A stretch of 50,036 nucleotides of DNA from an uncultured Fidelibacterota bacterium (GTDB lineage: Bacteria > Fidelibacterota > Marinisomatia > Marinisomatales > UBA1611), in NCBI GenBank assembly GCA_937893835.1, contig CALCSS010000042.1:1-50036 (forward strand), in the 5' to 3' direction. This document shows, one piece after another, positions 1 through 10,022 of the stretch. Position 1 is the stretch's first letter. Each line of letters starts with the position of its first letter. The notes under the pieces were generated by a model that worked only from the letters and a program-made list of their open reading frames with translations, had not been told where the DNA came from and ran no database searches. The position numbers were made by a program, and so were the translations under genes.

Positions 1-1392
1 TCCCGCGGCTTTAAGGGCTAAAGCTTTAAAATAGTTGAAATATATATTGTTCTCATTCCCTTTTAAAAATTTTTTAATGGCTCCCTCGTAGTTGCCCTCC
101 ATAAGGTCTGCCATACCAGACAGACCATAAAAGCCGTACATTGCCGTGGGGTCTTTTATCTCTTCTTGGTTTTTTTTCAGCTGCTCCAGATTTTTTCTTG
201 CTAGGTCATATTTGCCAAACAATATATTTACCCAAGCGGTTTGAAAGTGTGAGTCGCTTTTTGCTTCTCTGAAAACATTGTCGTCTTTTATTAGTTTGGC
301 TCGGCTTTGATCTTGTTCAATACTATTGGCCAAAGACTCGTAGGCCTCTTCTTCCATTTGATTGTGGGCGTAGCAAATCATTTTGTGCCAACTGGTTTGG
401 GATTTTACTTGCAGGAGACCTGCCTTGTCAAAGTCTTTTGTTTCAAGCTGGTTCTCTACCCTTAACAGTCTGTCGATGGCGCCAATGTAGTCGTTGTCAA
501 AAATATACGAGTAGGTTAAATAGAGATTAAGGATAAACCATCTGCGTGGTACGTCTTTGTTTATCTCTATTGCGCTTTTATATCTTTCCCTTGCTGTTTT
601 TAAGTCTCCTGAGAACATATAGTTGTGTCCAGAAACAATATATGCTGTACCTTCTGAAGAAAGACCTTTTCTTTTTTCAATAGATTTTTCATATAAGGGT
701 TTTGCTTTTTCAAATTCTCCCAACTGTCTATAGCAGTTTGCCTGAAGATGATAGGGCAACCCATGATCTGGTCTTATTCTTATCAACTCTTCGCCATACC
801 TCATTCCAATATTAACGTCTCTCTTTTCCTCTGGTAGCATCACCTGTGTACCCGCTGCTATATGGTGCCCCATTAAAAGAGAATATGCATTATAACTATC
901 AGGATTTAGTTCTATTGCTTTTTTTAAGGTTTTAATTGCATCGTCAAGTTCATATCTGTCGCTTTGTACTTGACCAAGCCAAACATACGAAAGGTAAGAG
1001 TCTCCATGATTTTCAACAAGCCACTTTGCGCTTTTCAGTGCTTCATCCATGTCTCCGTTTCTATATGATTCGTTTATTGTTAATATCTTCCTCTCGGCCT
1101 CAGATGCATTAACCACACTTTTTCTTGCTAGTTCTTGATGTTCTTTTCTTATTAAGGGGTCTTGTGACATGTAAAATTCTAGTGCCAGAACGAAATTGGG
1201 ATCAAGGGCCAGGGCTGAGTCCAGATGTTTTTTTGTCTCCGGACCATCACCAACATCAAAAGAGAGCATTGCCTTTTTATAATGAACTAAGGCATCTGGA
1301 GACGTTGTTGTTATGGGAAGTTCTATTATTATATTTTTTTCACACCCGAAAAAAGTTACAATTATTAAAAGGAAGTATATTGTTCTATTCAT
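1..1392 (-). CDS. TPR-repeat lipoprotein (3' end runs off the window)
   Basis: Not in the ORF track; translated by hand. Open frame from ATG at 1392 to position 1: MNRTIYFLLIIVTFFGC (lipobox-like), then TPR-like helices (e.g. HLDSALALDPNFVLA, AIKTLKKAIELNPDSYNAYSLLMGH). Confidence 0.8.
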   Translation of the reverse strand, partial: MNRTIYFLLIIVTFFGCEKNIIIELPITTTSPDALVHYKKAMLSFDVGDGPETKKHLDSALALDPNFVLALEFYMSQDPLIRKEHQELARKSVVNASEAERKILTINESYRNGDMDEALKSAKWLVENHGDSYLSYVWLGQVQSDRYELDDAIKTLKKAIELNPDSYNAYSLLMGHHIAAGTQVMLPEEKRDVNIGMRYGEELIRIRPDHGLPYHLQANCYRQLGEFEKAKPLYEKSIEKRKGLSSEGTAYIVSGHNYMFSGDLKTARERYKSAIEINKDVPRRWFILNLYLTYSYIFDNDYIGAIDRLLRVENQLETKDFDKAGLLQVKSQTSWHKMICYAHNQMEEEAYESLANSIEQDQSRAKLIKDDNVFREAKSDSHFQTAWVNILFGKYDLARKNLEQLKKNQEEIKDPTAMYGFYGLSGMADLMEGNYEGAIKKFLKGNENNIYFNYFKALALKAAG

Positions 1393-1429
1393 TATTCTTA
1401 TCCGTTTTGTAATAAAAGATAGCATTGTT

Positions 1430-1688
1430 TAATTAAACACATATTATATTGGTAGTATTATAAAATTAACTTCTTTTATATACTATATTATTTATATAGT
1501 GTGTGAGTTTGTGGAAAATTATTCTATTGATATGGGTTTGTTTGTTATTATTTGAAAATAAAAAAGAATCTTAAACCCATGCTTTATGTGGAAAACAAAA
1601 ACAAAGTGTTAATAACCGGCGTTTTTTGAACAAAACAAACCAAAAACACAAAAACGCAAACCAGAGGTTTTTTTGTGTGGAAAAACCC
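1430..1688. other. Candidate replication origin (oriC): AT-rich tract plus DnaA-box-like 9-mers
   Basis: Non-coding and very AT-rich at 1430-1500, followed by co-oriented TGTGGAAAA at 1510-1518, 1587-1595 and 1676-1684, and TGTTAATAA at 1607-1615 (1-2 mismatches to TGTGGATAA). Lies 5 kb from a parS site and 10.5 kb from dnaA. Confidence 0.55.
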
Positions 1689-2966
1689 CTACCCTTCCAT
1701 TATTTGTATAAAAAACCTATTCCTTGCTCTTTCAATCCAGTCCCTATACCAATCCATTTTCTTTTTGTTTAATGCCATCGCCTCTATGTCGGGCCAGTGG
1801 TCTGTTGTGTTAGGCCTCCCCCCTTTCTTAATCCCCTCAAACCACAACAAATGAAAACCGAGGGATGAGTTTATTGGCGCACTACAGGAGTCCATGCCTA
1901 TTATATTGATGGCTTGTCCTATTTCTGGAATAGAATAATTAGTGGGATCGATCCAGCCCAGGTCTCCACCTATCTTCCTTGTGGTCTCGTCAAAGGTATG
2001 TCTTTTAACGGCAATCTTAAAGTCTTCAACTGTCTTAATAGAGTCCTGTTTAAGTTTTGTTGCAAAATCAAAAGCCTTCTTGTTGTCGTCCATTGTTTTT
2101 TCAGGGATTGAGAGAATATGCCTAACTTTTATTTTCTCTCCTTGCTTTGCCATGGTTTCAAGAAGGTGAAAACCGAACGAGGTTTCAACAGGGCCAACAA
2201 CCTCTCCAATATCAGCGGTAAAGGCGGCCGTTTCAAAGCTTTTCACCAAAGAACCTCTTGTTACCCACCCGAGTGACCCTCCACTGTTTTTAGAACCAGG
2301 ATCTTGAGAGTGTTCACTGGCAAGAAGACCAAAATCCGCCCCACCCAAAACCTGTTCTTTTATTGAATCTAACAGAGAGACAGATTTGTTTTTGGAGCTT
2401 TCACTTGGAGATATGGGAATGAGAAGGTGTCGAACCTTGACCCTTGTTGGTATTGGTGGAAGACTGTCTCTATATGTTTTATAAAACTCAACGACATCAC
2501 CCCTTGTGACATTGATAGAGTTTAAGAGTTGTTGTTGGTATTTTTCTGATATTAGGCGATCTCTCATATCATACCAAAACTCTCGCCTAAAATCACTTAA
2601 AGACTGCCCCAGTATTTCAACGGCCCTTTTCTCGCTCCCAGCTTGGGCAACCAACATTTGAACCTGTTGTTCCAGGTTTTGATCAACCTCTTTTTCTTCA
2701 ACAAAGATTGAGTCAACCTCTGCCATTTCAAGTAAGATTTTTTGATCTACCATTGATTGCAACACAGATCCCTGAAGCCTCAAAAAAGACCCAGGGTCTT
2801 TGGAGGGGTCTAGTCCGTTTTGAACCGCGGTCATGTTGACCATCTGTGCAAGGTCGCTCTTTAGTACAATATGTTCCTCAATTACAGCAGCAACACCATC
2901 AATGTATTGAGGCTGTTCTTGTCCAACAAGAAAGGTCGTGAAAACGCAAAAAATAAATTTTTTCAT
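1689..2966 (-). CDS. surA: SurA-type periplasmic chaperone / parvulin peptidyl-prolyl isomerase
   Basis: Signal peptide, SurA N-domain start (IDGVAAVIEEHIVLKSDL) and two rotamase domains (VRHLLI...SQDPGSKNSGGSLGW...GFHLL; IGGDLGWI). Confidence 0.85.
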   Translation of the reverse strand: MKKFIFCVFTTFLVGQEQPQYIDGVAAVIEEHIVLKSDLAQMVNMTAVQNGLDPSKDPGSFLRLQGSVLQSMVDQKILLEMAEVDSIFVEEKEVDQNLEQQVQMLVAQAGSEKRAVEILGQSLSDFRREFWYDMRDRLISEKYQQQLLNSINVTRGDVVEFYKTYRDSLPPIPTRVKVRHLLIPISPSESSKNKSVSLLDSIKEQVLGGADFGLLASEHSQDPGSKNSGGSLGWVTRGSLVKSFETAAFTADIGEVVGPVETSFGFHLLETMAKQGEKIKVRHILSIPEKTMDDNKKAFDFATKLKQDSIKTVEDFKIAVKRHTFDETTRKIGGDLGWIDPTNYSIPEIGQAINIIGMDSCSAPINSSLGFHLLWFEGIKKGGRPNTTDHWPDIEAMALNKKKMDWYRDWIERARNRFFIQIMEG

Positions 2967-2967
2967 A

Positions 2968-3708
2968 TTATTGATACTCTGGGTTTATAAAAATGTTCGT
3001 TGTTTTTTTAAGACTGTCTAGTAGTAGAAGGTGTTTTTTCGAGGCCTCAGTTTTATATATTCGTTGGTAGATCTCATCAAAAACTTCATCAAGTCCTTTT
3101 TGTGAACCCTTTGGATGTCTATTTAAAACCTTTAAAACAGAGATCTCACCACCCAAAACAATGGGGCCAACTGCGCGTTTTTTACCTAAAAAAAGTTCGT
3201 TGTCTATGTTTTTTGAAAAAACACCCCGCTCGACAATGTCAGACAACACCCTTATTACTGAAAAACCATTAATGTCCGGGTTTTTTTGAGACCTAAAAAT
3301 AGAGGCAATCCTTCTACCTTCTTTTTTGGTTGCTACTACATACTGCTCTATTCGCACCTCGTCCCGCACCCTTTTAAAATGGTCTTTGTTTTTTTCATAA
3401 TAAGACCTTATGTCTTCGTTTGAAATGTTTATTCCTAAAGATGCCTCACTTTCAAGAAAAGAAGAAATCAAAAGCTGGTCATAGTAGAGGTCTCTTTTTG
3501 TTAGTAGCTCCAGATCTTTTTCAAACCCTCTTTTCTTTGCCTCTAAAAGAAGAACGGTGTTGTTTACCCAGTCTTCAGTGCTTGTTTGGCGACGATCCTT
3601 TTCTTTAAGCTCAACCACGCCAACCCTAGCGTAGACACCGAGATTGCCGTCTTTATTTTTTGAACAAGACACCAGAACAAACAAAAGAAAATAAACAACG
3701 ATACGCAT
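2968..3708 (-). CDS. PpiC/SurA-like lipoprotein (peptidyl-prolyl isomerase-like)
   Basis: Start moved to ATG 3708 (MRIVVYFLLFVLVSC lipobox). Contains 'ISNEDIRSYYEKNKDHF', typical of PrsA/PpiC-like proteins, and sits between mfd and surA. Confidence 0.7.
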   Translation of the reverse strand: MRIVVYFLLFVLVSCSKNKDGNLGVYARVGVVELKEKDRRQTSTEDWVNNTVLLLEAKKRGFEKDLELLTKRDLYYDQLLISSFLESEASLGINISNEDIRSYYEKNKDHFKRVRDEVRIEQYVVATKKEGRRIASIFRSQKNPDINGFSVIRVLSDIVERGVFSKNIDNELFLGKKRAVGPIVLGGEISVLKVLNRHPKGSQKGLDEVFDEIYQRIYKTEASKKHLLLLDSLKKTTNIFINPEYQ

Positions 3709-3724
3709 AAAAACAGACTGGAAG

Positions 3725-6700
3725 TTAGTCCTCGCTTGATGCAGTAAACAAACGAACAAAAGAAAATAACAAACCAAAAAGGTCCCCCTCTTTGACCAGG
3801 TGAAGAACAATTCGCAAGGCGCTTGAGTCAACTTCTTTGAATTGTATGTGGTCTAGGTTTTTGTCTTCATAGCGCCCAACAGAGGACAGAAAATCAAGCT
3901 CTTTTTGTTTGTCAACCTTTCCAACCAGAAACCCCACAGATGAGGACTGAATATCTAGCTCCAAGACAGGTGTCTCGGTGTATAAAATGCGAACCTTTGC
4001 TACATAGATCAGGTTTTTTGTTGGTTTTGGAATGGGTCCAAAAACATCGACAAGACTTTTTTCAATTTTAGACAATTCTTCTAATTTTATTGCGCGACCA
4101 ATTCTATAGTAATAGTCAACTCTCATAGACATATTTTCAACATACCCCTCCTCTATACTTATTGGTATCCTTGTGTTTATTTGCGGTTGAAAACAGGCTG
4201 TTTTCTCGGAGGATCTTTTTTTCTGTATTTCTACGTTTAACAGATCACAATATAGTTGAAACCCAACAGACGATATGTGCCCACTTTGTTTGTGACCAAA
4301 GAGGGCTCCAGACCCCCTAATTTCAAGGTCTTGCATTGATATGTTGTACCCAGACCCAAGGGCCGTATTTTGTTCTAGGGACCTTAGTCTTTTAAAAGCA
4401 TCTTTTTCAAGTTGTTTTTTTGGTATGAGAAGGTGGCAGTAGGCCTGCCTGTCGCCTCGTCCAACCCTGCCGCGTATTTGATATAATTGAGCAAGTCCAA
4501 GATTTTGGGCGTCTTTGATTATGATCGAGTTTGCGTTGGTTACATCAAGACCAGACTCTATTATTGTCGTACAAACAAGAATCTCAATTTTTCCCTTAAA
4601 AAAAGACAAAACAGTTTCCTCTAGCTCTTTTGACTTCATTTTTCCACTTGCACCAGCTACAACACTATTTGGGAATTTATTTCTTATTTTATCAACAGTC
4701 GACGGGATTGAGGCTATGTCGTTGTTCAATAAATATACCTGACCAGAACGAGAAAGCTCAAAACGTATTCTCGAAAAAACCAAAGACCAGTCAAAATACT
4801 TAACAGATGTCAAGATGGGCCTCCTTGTTTCTGGGGGCGACATCATAAGGCTTATATTCTTAAGGCCCACAAGCGATTGTTGCAGCGTTCTGGGAATGGG
4901 GGTAGCGGTCAGAGTTAGCACATCAACGCCCCCCCGAAGGTTTCTAATGGTTTCTTTGTGTTTAACCCCAAATCGATGTTCTTCATCGATGATCAAAAGT
5001 CCAAGGTTTGGCAGGTTGACATCGCTTGATAGAATTCGATGAGTACCAACAAGAATATCAACGTTGCTATTTTGTAGTTCCTTTATGGTTGAGCTTTGGT
5101 CTGCGCGACTCTTAAATCGAGATAAAAGACGAATCCTTACACCAAAAGCGCCCAAGCGCTCTTTACATGTTATATAGTGTTGGTCTGCAAGGATAGTTGT
5201 TGGGCAAAGAAAAACGGACAGGCGGTCCGATAGAAAGGCCTTGAACATTGCCCTGATTGCAACTTCTGTTTTTCCAAACCCCACATCACCACAAACAAGT
5301 CGATCCATCGGTTTGTCACCATTCATTTCACGGAACACCTCGTCAATGGTTGTTTTTTGGTCAGTGGTTTCTATAAAAGAAAAGGACCCTGAAAGAACAC
5401 CGTCAAGGTCGTTGTCTTCCAAATACCTAAACGGTCTTGTTTTGTTTTTATTTGAATATCCCATTAGAACATCCAGAGCCACACTTTCTGCGGCATCTTT
5501 TGCCTTTTTTACCTCAGATGCCCATTTTTTAGACCCCAGCCTAGAGACCCTTGGTTTTCTTCCAGAGCCAATGTATCGGTGGACAAGGGAGATTTGGTCA
5601 AGGGAAACATATACGAGGGTATTATTTTCGTATTCAATCTCAATGTTTTCTTTGTTGTTTTTTGTCCTTATCCCCTTATATATGCCAACACCAAAGGTCC
5701 TATGAACAACGTGGTCACCTACGCTTGTTTTGCTTATGGAAGCCCGGTCAAAAACGACCTGCTCTGCCCCGGTGCTCGGTGACCATTTTTTTATAGTGTT
5801 TCTAGTAGAAAAAATATCGTTTTCAGAAACAATAAGAATAGACACCTTGTCAGACACGAGGTTACTGTTGATCGAACCGTGTATAGTTGATGAGAAAAAG
5901 TCATTAGAAAACAGGCTCCTTACCCGGCCGCCATCCTTGGCGACGAGAATTGTCTTTTTTAATTCAAGACCAGCGTCAGTTAGCTTATTTGCTCTTTCCT
6001 TTGGTGTTTTACCCGAAAGAGAAACCTCTTTAAGGCCGAGGTGTATCACGCCACCACCCAAACCACTACAAAGAACAATCCCCCCAGGTTCCATTAAAAC
6101 CTTGATTCTTACAAGAGAGTTAAAACGGTTTATAATATCAATATTATCAACAACTTGTGGAGAGTCATTATAGTCGTCAAGATGTAGTTTTTTTGTGTTT
6201 TTTATCGAAAGCTGGGTGCTAGGGTCATAAAGCGCAATGTTTTCAATCTTGTCATAATCAAAAGATATCCTAAAGGGGTTTTTGAAGTGATGTGGATACA
6301 CATCAAGTACGTCACCTCTCAAGGAAAAAAACCCCGGTTCGGTTGCCATGTCGGATCTTTCATAGCCAATGGAAAGAAGGTTTTCTGATACGAGACCAAC
6401 ATCAACAAACTCCCCTCTCGTGAAGGTGTTTTTTTGAAACTCCTTGTTTATGTTTTTCGATAAAGATTTCTCTTTTAATGAGTGTGTTGACCCAACACAA
6501 CAATAGCCCGGACCCGAGCCTAGCCGAACCACGGCCTCTTTTCGAAACCTGATGTTATCAAGGCCAAACCCAGGTATTGCGCCCACCTCTTTTTGAGGAG
6601 GGTAAAATAAAAAAATGCGGTCATCGTGCTCAAGGCATGAATTATAAAAACTAAAAGACTCATTGTCGTTATCAAATTCTAAAAAAAAACTTTTATTTGT

Positions 6701-6838
6701 GAACAACAAATGTTCTTTTAAAAAAAGAACGGCTGAGTCCGTTGTCAGGCCACCAACCCCACCACCGTCACACAAAGAAAGATGTGCCTCATTGGTAAAA
6801 ACACACGAGAGGTCCCTATGTTGTTCCACGTGAAACAC
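3725..6838 (-). CDS. mfd: Transcription-repair coupling factor Mfd
   Basis: RID/CarD-like domain (GDHVVHRTFGVGIY), helicase motifs (DRLVCGDVGFGKTEVA, DEEHRFGV, TATPIPRTL, QIRGRVGR, DLEIRGSG) and C-terminal TRCF domain. Exact start uncertain because it overlaps parS. Confidence 0.95.
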   Translation of the reverse strand: MFHVEQHRDLSCVFTNEAHLSLCDGGGVGGLTTDSAVLFLKEHLLFTNKSFFLEFDNDNESFSFYNSCLEHDDRIFLFYPPQKEVGAIPGFGLDNIRFRKEAVVRLGSGPGYCCVGSTHSLKEKSLSKNINKEFQKNTFTRGEFVDVGLVSENLLSIGYERSDMATEPGFFSLRGDVLDVYPHHFKNPFRISFDYDKIENIALYDPSTQLSIKNTKKLHLDDYNDSPQVVDNIDIINRFNSLVRIKVLMEPGGIVLCSGLGGGVIHLGLKEVSLSGKTPKERANKLTDAGLELKKTILVAKDGGRVRSLFSNDFFSSTIHGSINSNLVSDKVSILIVSENDIFSTRNTIKKWSPSTGAEQVVFDRASISKTSVGDHVVHRTFGVGIYKGIRTKNNKENIEIEYENNTLVYVSLDQISLVHRYIGSGRKPRVSRLGSKKWASEVKKAKDAAESVALDVLMGYSNKNKTRPFRYLEDNDLDGVLSGSFSFIETTDQKTTIDEVFREMNGDKPMDRLVCGDVGFGKTEVAIRAMFKAFLSDRLSVFLCPTTILADQHYITCKERLGAFGVRIRLLSRFKSRADQSSTIKELQNSNVDILVGTHRILSSDVNLPNLGLLIIDEEHRFGVKHKETIRNLRGGVDVLTLTATPIPRTLQQSLVGLKNISLMMSPPETRRPILTSVKYFDWSLVFSRIRFELSRSGQVYLLNNDIASIPSTVDKIRNKFPNSVVAGASGKMKSKELEETVLSFFKGKIEILVCTTIIESGLDVTNANSIIIKDAQNLGLAQLYQIRGRVGRGDRQAYCHLLIPKKQLEKDAFKRLRSLEQNTALGSGYNISMQDLEIRGSGALFGHKQSGHISSVGFQLYCDLLNVEIQKKRSSEKTACFQPQINTRIPISIEEGYVENMSMRVDYYYRIGRAIKLEELSKIEKSLVDVFGPIPKPTKNLIYVAKVRILYTETPVLELDIQSSSVGFLVGKVDKQKELDFLSSVGRYEDKNLDHIQFKEVDSSALRIVLHLVKEGDLFGLLFSFVRLFTASSED

Positions 6839-8684
6839 TCTCCTTCACCGCGTGAATCGCAAGAACAGCCATGTCTGACGGTGTTATTCCAGAAACCCTC
6901 ATTGCCTGGCCCAGATTTTCAGGTTTTATGGTTGAGAGTTTTTCAATGGCCTCACTAGACAGACCCGGAATTGCGCCATAGTTTAAATCGTTTTGTAGTT
7001 TGATTTTTTCATTTTTACGCAATGAACGCATTTCAACGATACACCTTTTTATGTATCCCTCATATTTTATATCTGATTCAACGTCGTATATGGTGTCATT
7101 CACAAGCCAAGCTGGATGTTCTGGCGGATATTCTAAATATCTTTTTGGAAGGTCCCAGATTGAGACCTCGTTCCTTTTTAAAACATCCTTTGCTGGTGCT
7201 GAGTGTTTAAGGTGGGTTATTTTTTTAATCTCATCAGGCGCCATCGACCCCCCTAACCCCTCTCTCATGTTTTGTTTTTGCTTAATTACGCTCAAAAGAA
7301 GGTCTTCAAGGCTTTTTCTAATTGACCCACACTCTACAGCTTTTTCAAGTAACCTGTCTGGTGTGTTTGAATATCGAAGAGCCAATCGAAACTCAGCTCG
7401 TGAGGTGAACATTCTGTAGGGCTCAAGAGTGTCTTTGGTTATTAGATCATCAATCATAACCCCAATGTAAGAGGAGTCCCTAGTAAGAACAAGTTGCTCT
7501 TTACCTAAAACCTTTAATGAGGCATTTATTCCACAAACTAAGCCCTGTGCAGCGGCCTCTTCGTATCCCGAGGTACCGTTCATTTGACCCGCAAAAAAGA
7601 GACCGGAAACATCTTTCGTTTCTAGAGTGTTCTTCAGTTGCGATGGAGGGAAAAAATCATATTCTATCGCATAACCAGGTCTAAAAAAATCGACATTTTC
7701 AAGACCCGGAATAACCCTTAAAGACTCAATTTGTGTTTCTTCTGGTAGGCTCGTGGAAAAGCCATTGAGGTAAATTTGATCCGAGTTTGTCCACTCAGGC
7801 TCTAAGAATAAAAGATGGGAATCCCGGTCTGGAAATTTAAACACCTTGTCTTCTATCGACGGGCAATACCTTGGGCCCACCCCACCAATGTCACCAGAAA
7901 ACATTGGGGACCTGTCTCTGTTTTTTTTTATGATTTGATGTGATTCGTCGTTTGAATATAGGGTGTGGCAAGGTTCGTTTGTTGGGTTAAATGTTTTGGT
8001 TGAATATGAAAAAGGAACCGGGTTGGTGTCTCCAAGAGAAAGGTCTGCCTTGCTCCAGTTTATTGATTTTCTATTTAACCTGGGTGGGGTTCCTGTTTTT
8101 AGTCTACCCGATTTAAAACCAGCCGATTCGAGGTGTTGTGTAAGTCCCTCTGCTCTTTCCTCACCCATTCTACCCGCATTAATTTTTCTCTCTCCAATGT
8201 GGATCGTTCCTGATAGAAAGGTACCCGCCGTTAAGATGACGGTCTTTGAATAAATCTGCTCAAGACTCCTTAGCGTAACCCCAGCGACTCTATTCTTTTT
8301 ATATAACAGAGAAACTACCTCGCCAGTGATTATTTCAACGGAGCTTTTTTTAATCTTTTCAAGAACAAGTTTTTCGTAGCACCTCTTGTCTACCTGTGCC
8401 CTAGGAGACCAAACCGCCCTACCTTTTTTCTTGTTTAGAATTTTAAATTGTATTCCAGAGCTGTCAGTGGTTGCTGCCATTTGGCCACCTAAGACATCTA
8501 TCTCTCGAACCATTTGTCCCTTGGCCAGTCCGCCAATTGCGGGGTTACACGACATTCTTCCGATTGCGCTAGGGTCCATTGTTATAAGTAGGGTTTTGAT
8601 TTTATAGTGGTCACATATTAGCGCAGCCTCAACACCTGCGTGCCCACCACCAACAACAACAACATCAACCCTATGGTGTTTCAC
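6816..8684 (-). CDS. mnmG: tRNA uridine-5-carboxymethylaminomethyl modification enzyme MnmG (GidA)
   Basis: VVVVGGGHAGVEAA, MSCNPAIGG, GPRYCPSIEDK, GQMNGTSGYEEAAAQG, YRMFTSRAEFRL. Confidence 0.97.
   Translation of the reverse strand: MKHHRVDVVVVGGGHAGVEAALICDHYKIKTLLITMDPSAIGRMSCNPAIGGLAKGQMVREIDVLGGQMAATTDSSGIQFKILNKKKGRAVWSPRAQVDKRCYEKLVLEKIKKSSVEIITGEVVSLLYKKNRVAGVTLRSLEQIYSKTVILTAGTFLSGTIHIGERKINAGRMGEERAEGLTQHLESAGFKSGRLKTGTPPRLNRKSINWSKADLSLGDTNPVPFSYSTKTFNPTNEPCHTLYSNDESHQIIKKNRDRSPMFSGDIGGVGPRYCPSIEDKVFKFPDRDSHLLFLEPEWTNSDQIYLNGFSTSLPEETQIESLRVIPGLENVDFFRPGYAIEYDFFPPSQLKNTLETKDVSGLFFAGQMNGTSGYEEAAAQGLVCGINASLKVLGKEQLVLTRDSSYIGVMIDDLITKDTLEPYRMFTSRAEFRLALRYSNTPDRLLEKAVECGSIRKSLEDLLLSVIKQKQNMREGLGGSMAPDEIKKITHLKHSAPAKDVLKRNEVSIWDLPKRYLEYPPEHPAWLVNDTIYDVESDIKYEGYIKRCIVEMRSLRKNEKIKLQNDLNYGAIPGLSSEAIEKLSTIKPENLGQAMRVSGITPSDMAVLAIHAVKESVSRGTT
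6822..6837. promoter_or_regulatory. parS centromere-like site
   Basis: TGTTCCACGTGAAACA matches the parS consensus TGTTNCACGTGAAACA. Confidence 0.9.
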
Positions 8685-8692
8685 GTGAAACT
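8677..8692. promoter_or_regulatory. parS centromere-like site
   Basis: TGTTTCACGTGAAACT, a 15/16 match to the palindromic consensus. Overlaps the mnmE stop and the mnmG start. Confidence 0.85.
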
Positions 8693-10013
8693 ATTTCCCA
8701 ACACAGAAACTCGAGAAGACCTTGTTTAAAATGTCGTCTGTTGTTGTTTTCCCCAAAAAGGAGTCAAGAGAGCCAATTGCCGTTTTTATTTCATAAGCCA
8801 CTATCTCAACAACGGGGTTTTCTTTTTTTAATAGGGCCAACGATTTTAAGATGGATGATTCACACGACATAACGGATTGTTTTTGTCTTTCGGTGTTTAT
8901 AAACACATCACCACTAAACGAACCGACATCCAAAAGAGCGGCCATTAAGGCTTTGTTTAGTTTTTCCAGGCCCGTTCCATGAAGGGCAGAAATGCAAATA
9001 TCTGAACCTGAAAGCTTTTTGTTTTTGTGTAAATCAGCTTTATTATAGACGTTTATTTGTTTTTTAACATCAATATTATCAACCGGTTTGGTGTCGTGTG
9101 AATATAGGGATAAAACAATATCTGCCCTGCCCATCTCACAAGTGGTTCTTTGTACCCCCTCTGCCTCTATGTTGTCATATACCTCCCTGACCCCGGCCGT
9201 GTCAATCATGGTTATCGGGTACCCATCAATGATAAGGTCATGGGTTACGGTATCACGCGTTGTTCCGGCTGCGTCACTAACGATGCTTCTGTTCAGCCCA
9301 ACCAAGGCATTCATCAGTGTTGACTTGCCAACGTTGGGTCTGCCAATAATTACAACCCTAAAACCAGAGGAATACGCTACGCCAGCGTCAAAAGAGCTAA
9401 TCAAACTTCTGCATAGTAAGTTGTTGTTATTTAATATTTTAACTACATTAGATACGGTTTTGTGTAGAGTGTCTTCTTCTTCAGATATGTCTAACTCATA
9501 TTCTATGGCAGATAGCGCACTAATGAGCCCTTCTTTGATTGTGTTTATGCTTTCTGTGGATGCGCCCTCAATGTTCTTGTTGTTGTAATAGATTGCGTTC
9601 TTAGATTTTGATGCGATCAATGCCCCAACAGACTCTGCCTGTGACAAAGACATCTTACCATTTAAAAAGGCTCTTTTCGTGTATTCCCCCGGCTCAGCAA
9701 GTCGGGCTCCCAAAAATAAAGAGTGGTTCAGGATCATTTTTACAATAAGAGGATTTCCGTGACAAGAAATCTCAACGACATCCTCCCCAGTATATGACCT
9801 GGGGTTTTTAAAAAAAGTGAATATTCCAGAGTCTATTCTCTTTCCGCCCTCATCAAATATAGGTAAAAGCACAGACTCCAAGTGTTTCCTGGGTGTTGAT
9901 ATGTTTGCAAGGCCACTGGCGAACAAAAAAGCATGCTCGCCACTCAGTCTAATAACGGCAATACTGGAATACCCAAAGGGTGTAGCCTGGGAGACTATGG
10001 TCTGGTTTTCCAA
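8691..10013 (-). CDS. mnmE: tRNA modification GTPase MnmE (TrmE)
   Basis: SYTGEDVVEISCHG, GRPNVGKSTL, GTTRD, DTAG, NKAD and C-terminal FCVGK. Confidence 0.97.
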   Translation of the reverse strand: MENQTIVSQATPFGYSSIAVIRLSGEHAFLFASGLANISTPRKHLESVLLPIFDEGGKRIDSGIFTFFKNPRSYTGEDVVEISCHGNPLIVKMILNHSLFLGARLAEPGEYTKRAFLNGKMSLSQAESVGALIASKSKNAIYYNNKNIEGASTESINTIKEGLISALSAIEYELDISEEEDTLHKTVSNVVKILNNNNLLCRSLISSFDAGVAYSSGFRVVIIGRPNVGKSTLMNALVGLNRSIVSDAAGTTRDTVTHDLIIDGYPITMIDTAGVREVYDNIEAEGVQRTTCEMGRADIVLSLYSHDTKPVDNIDVKKQINVYNKADLHKNKKLSGSDICISALHGTGLEKLNKALMAALLDVGSFSGDVFINTERQKQSVMSCESSILKSLALLKKENPVVEIVAYEIKTAIGSLDSFLGKTTTDDILNKVFSSFCVGK

Positions 10014-10022
10014 ATTGTTTTA

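Noticed and set aside
1125-1412. 95-aa plus-strand ORF
   Set aside because: Antisense shadow of the minus-strand TPR lipoprotein gene at 1-1392.
3709-3831. N-terminal extension of the PPIase-like ORF overlapping mfd
   Set aside because: A lipoprotein signal begins at ATG 3708, so the extension is spurious.
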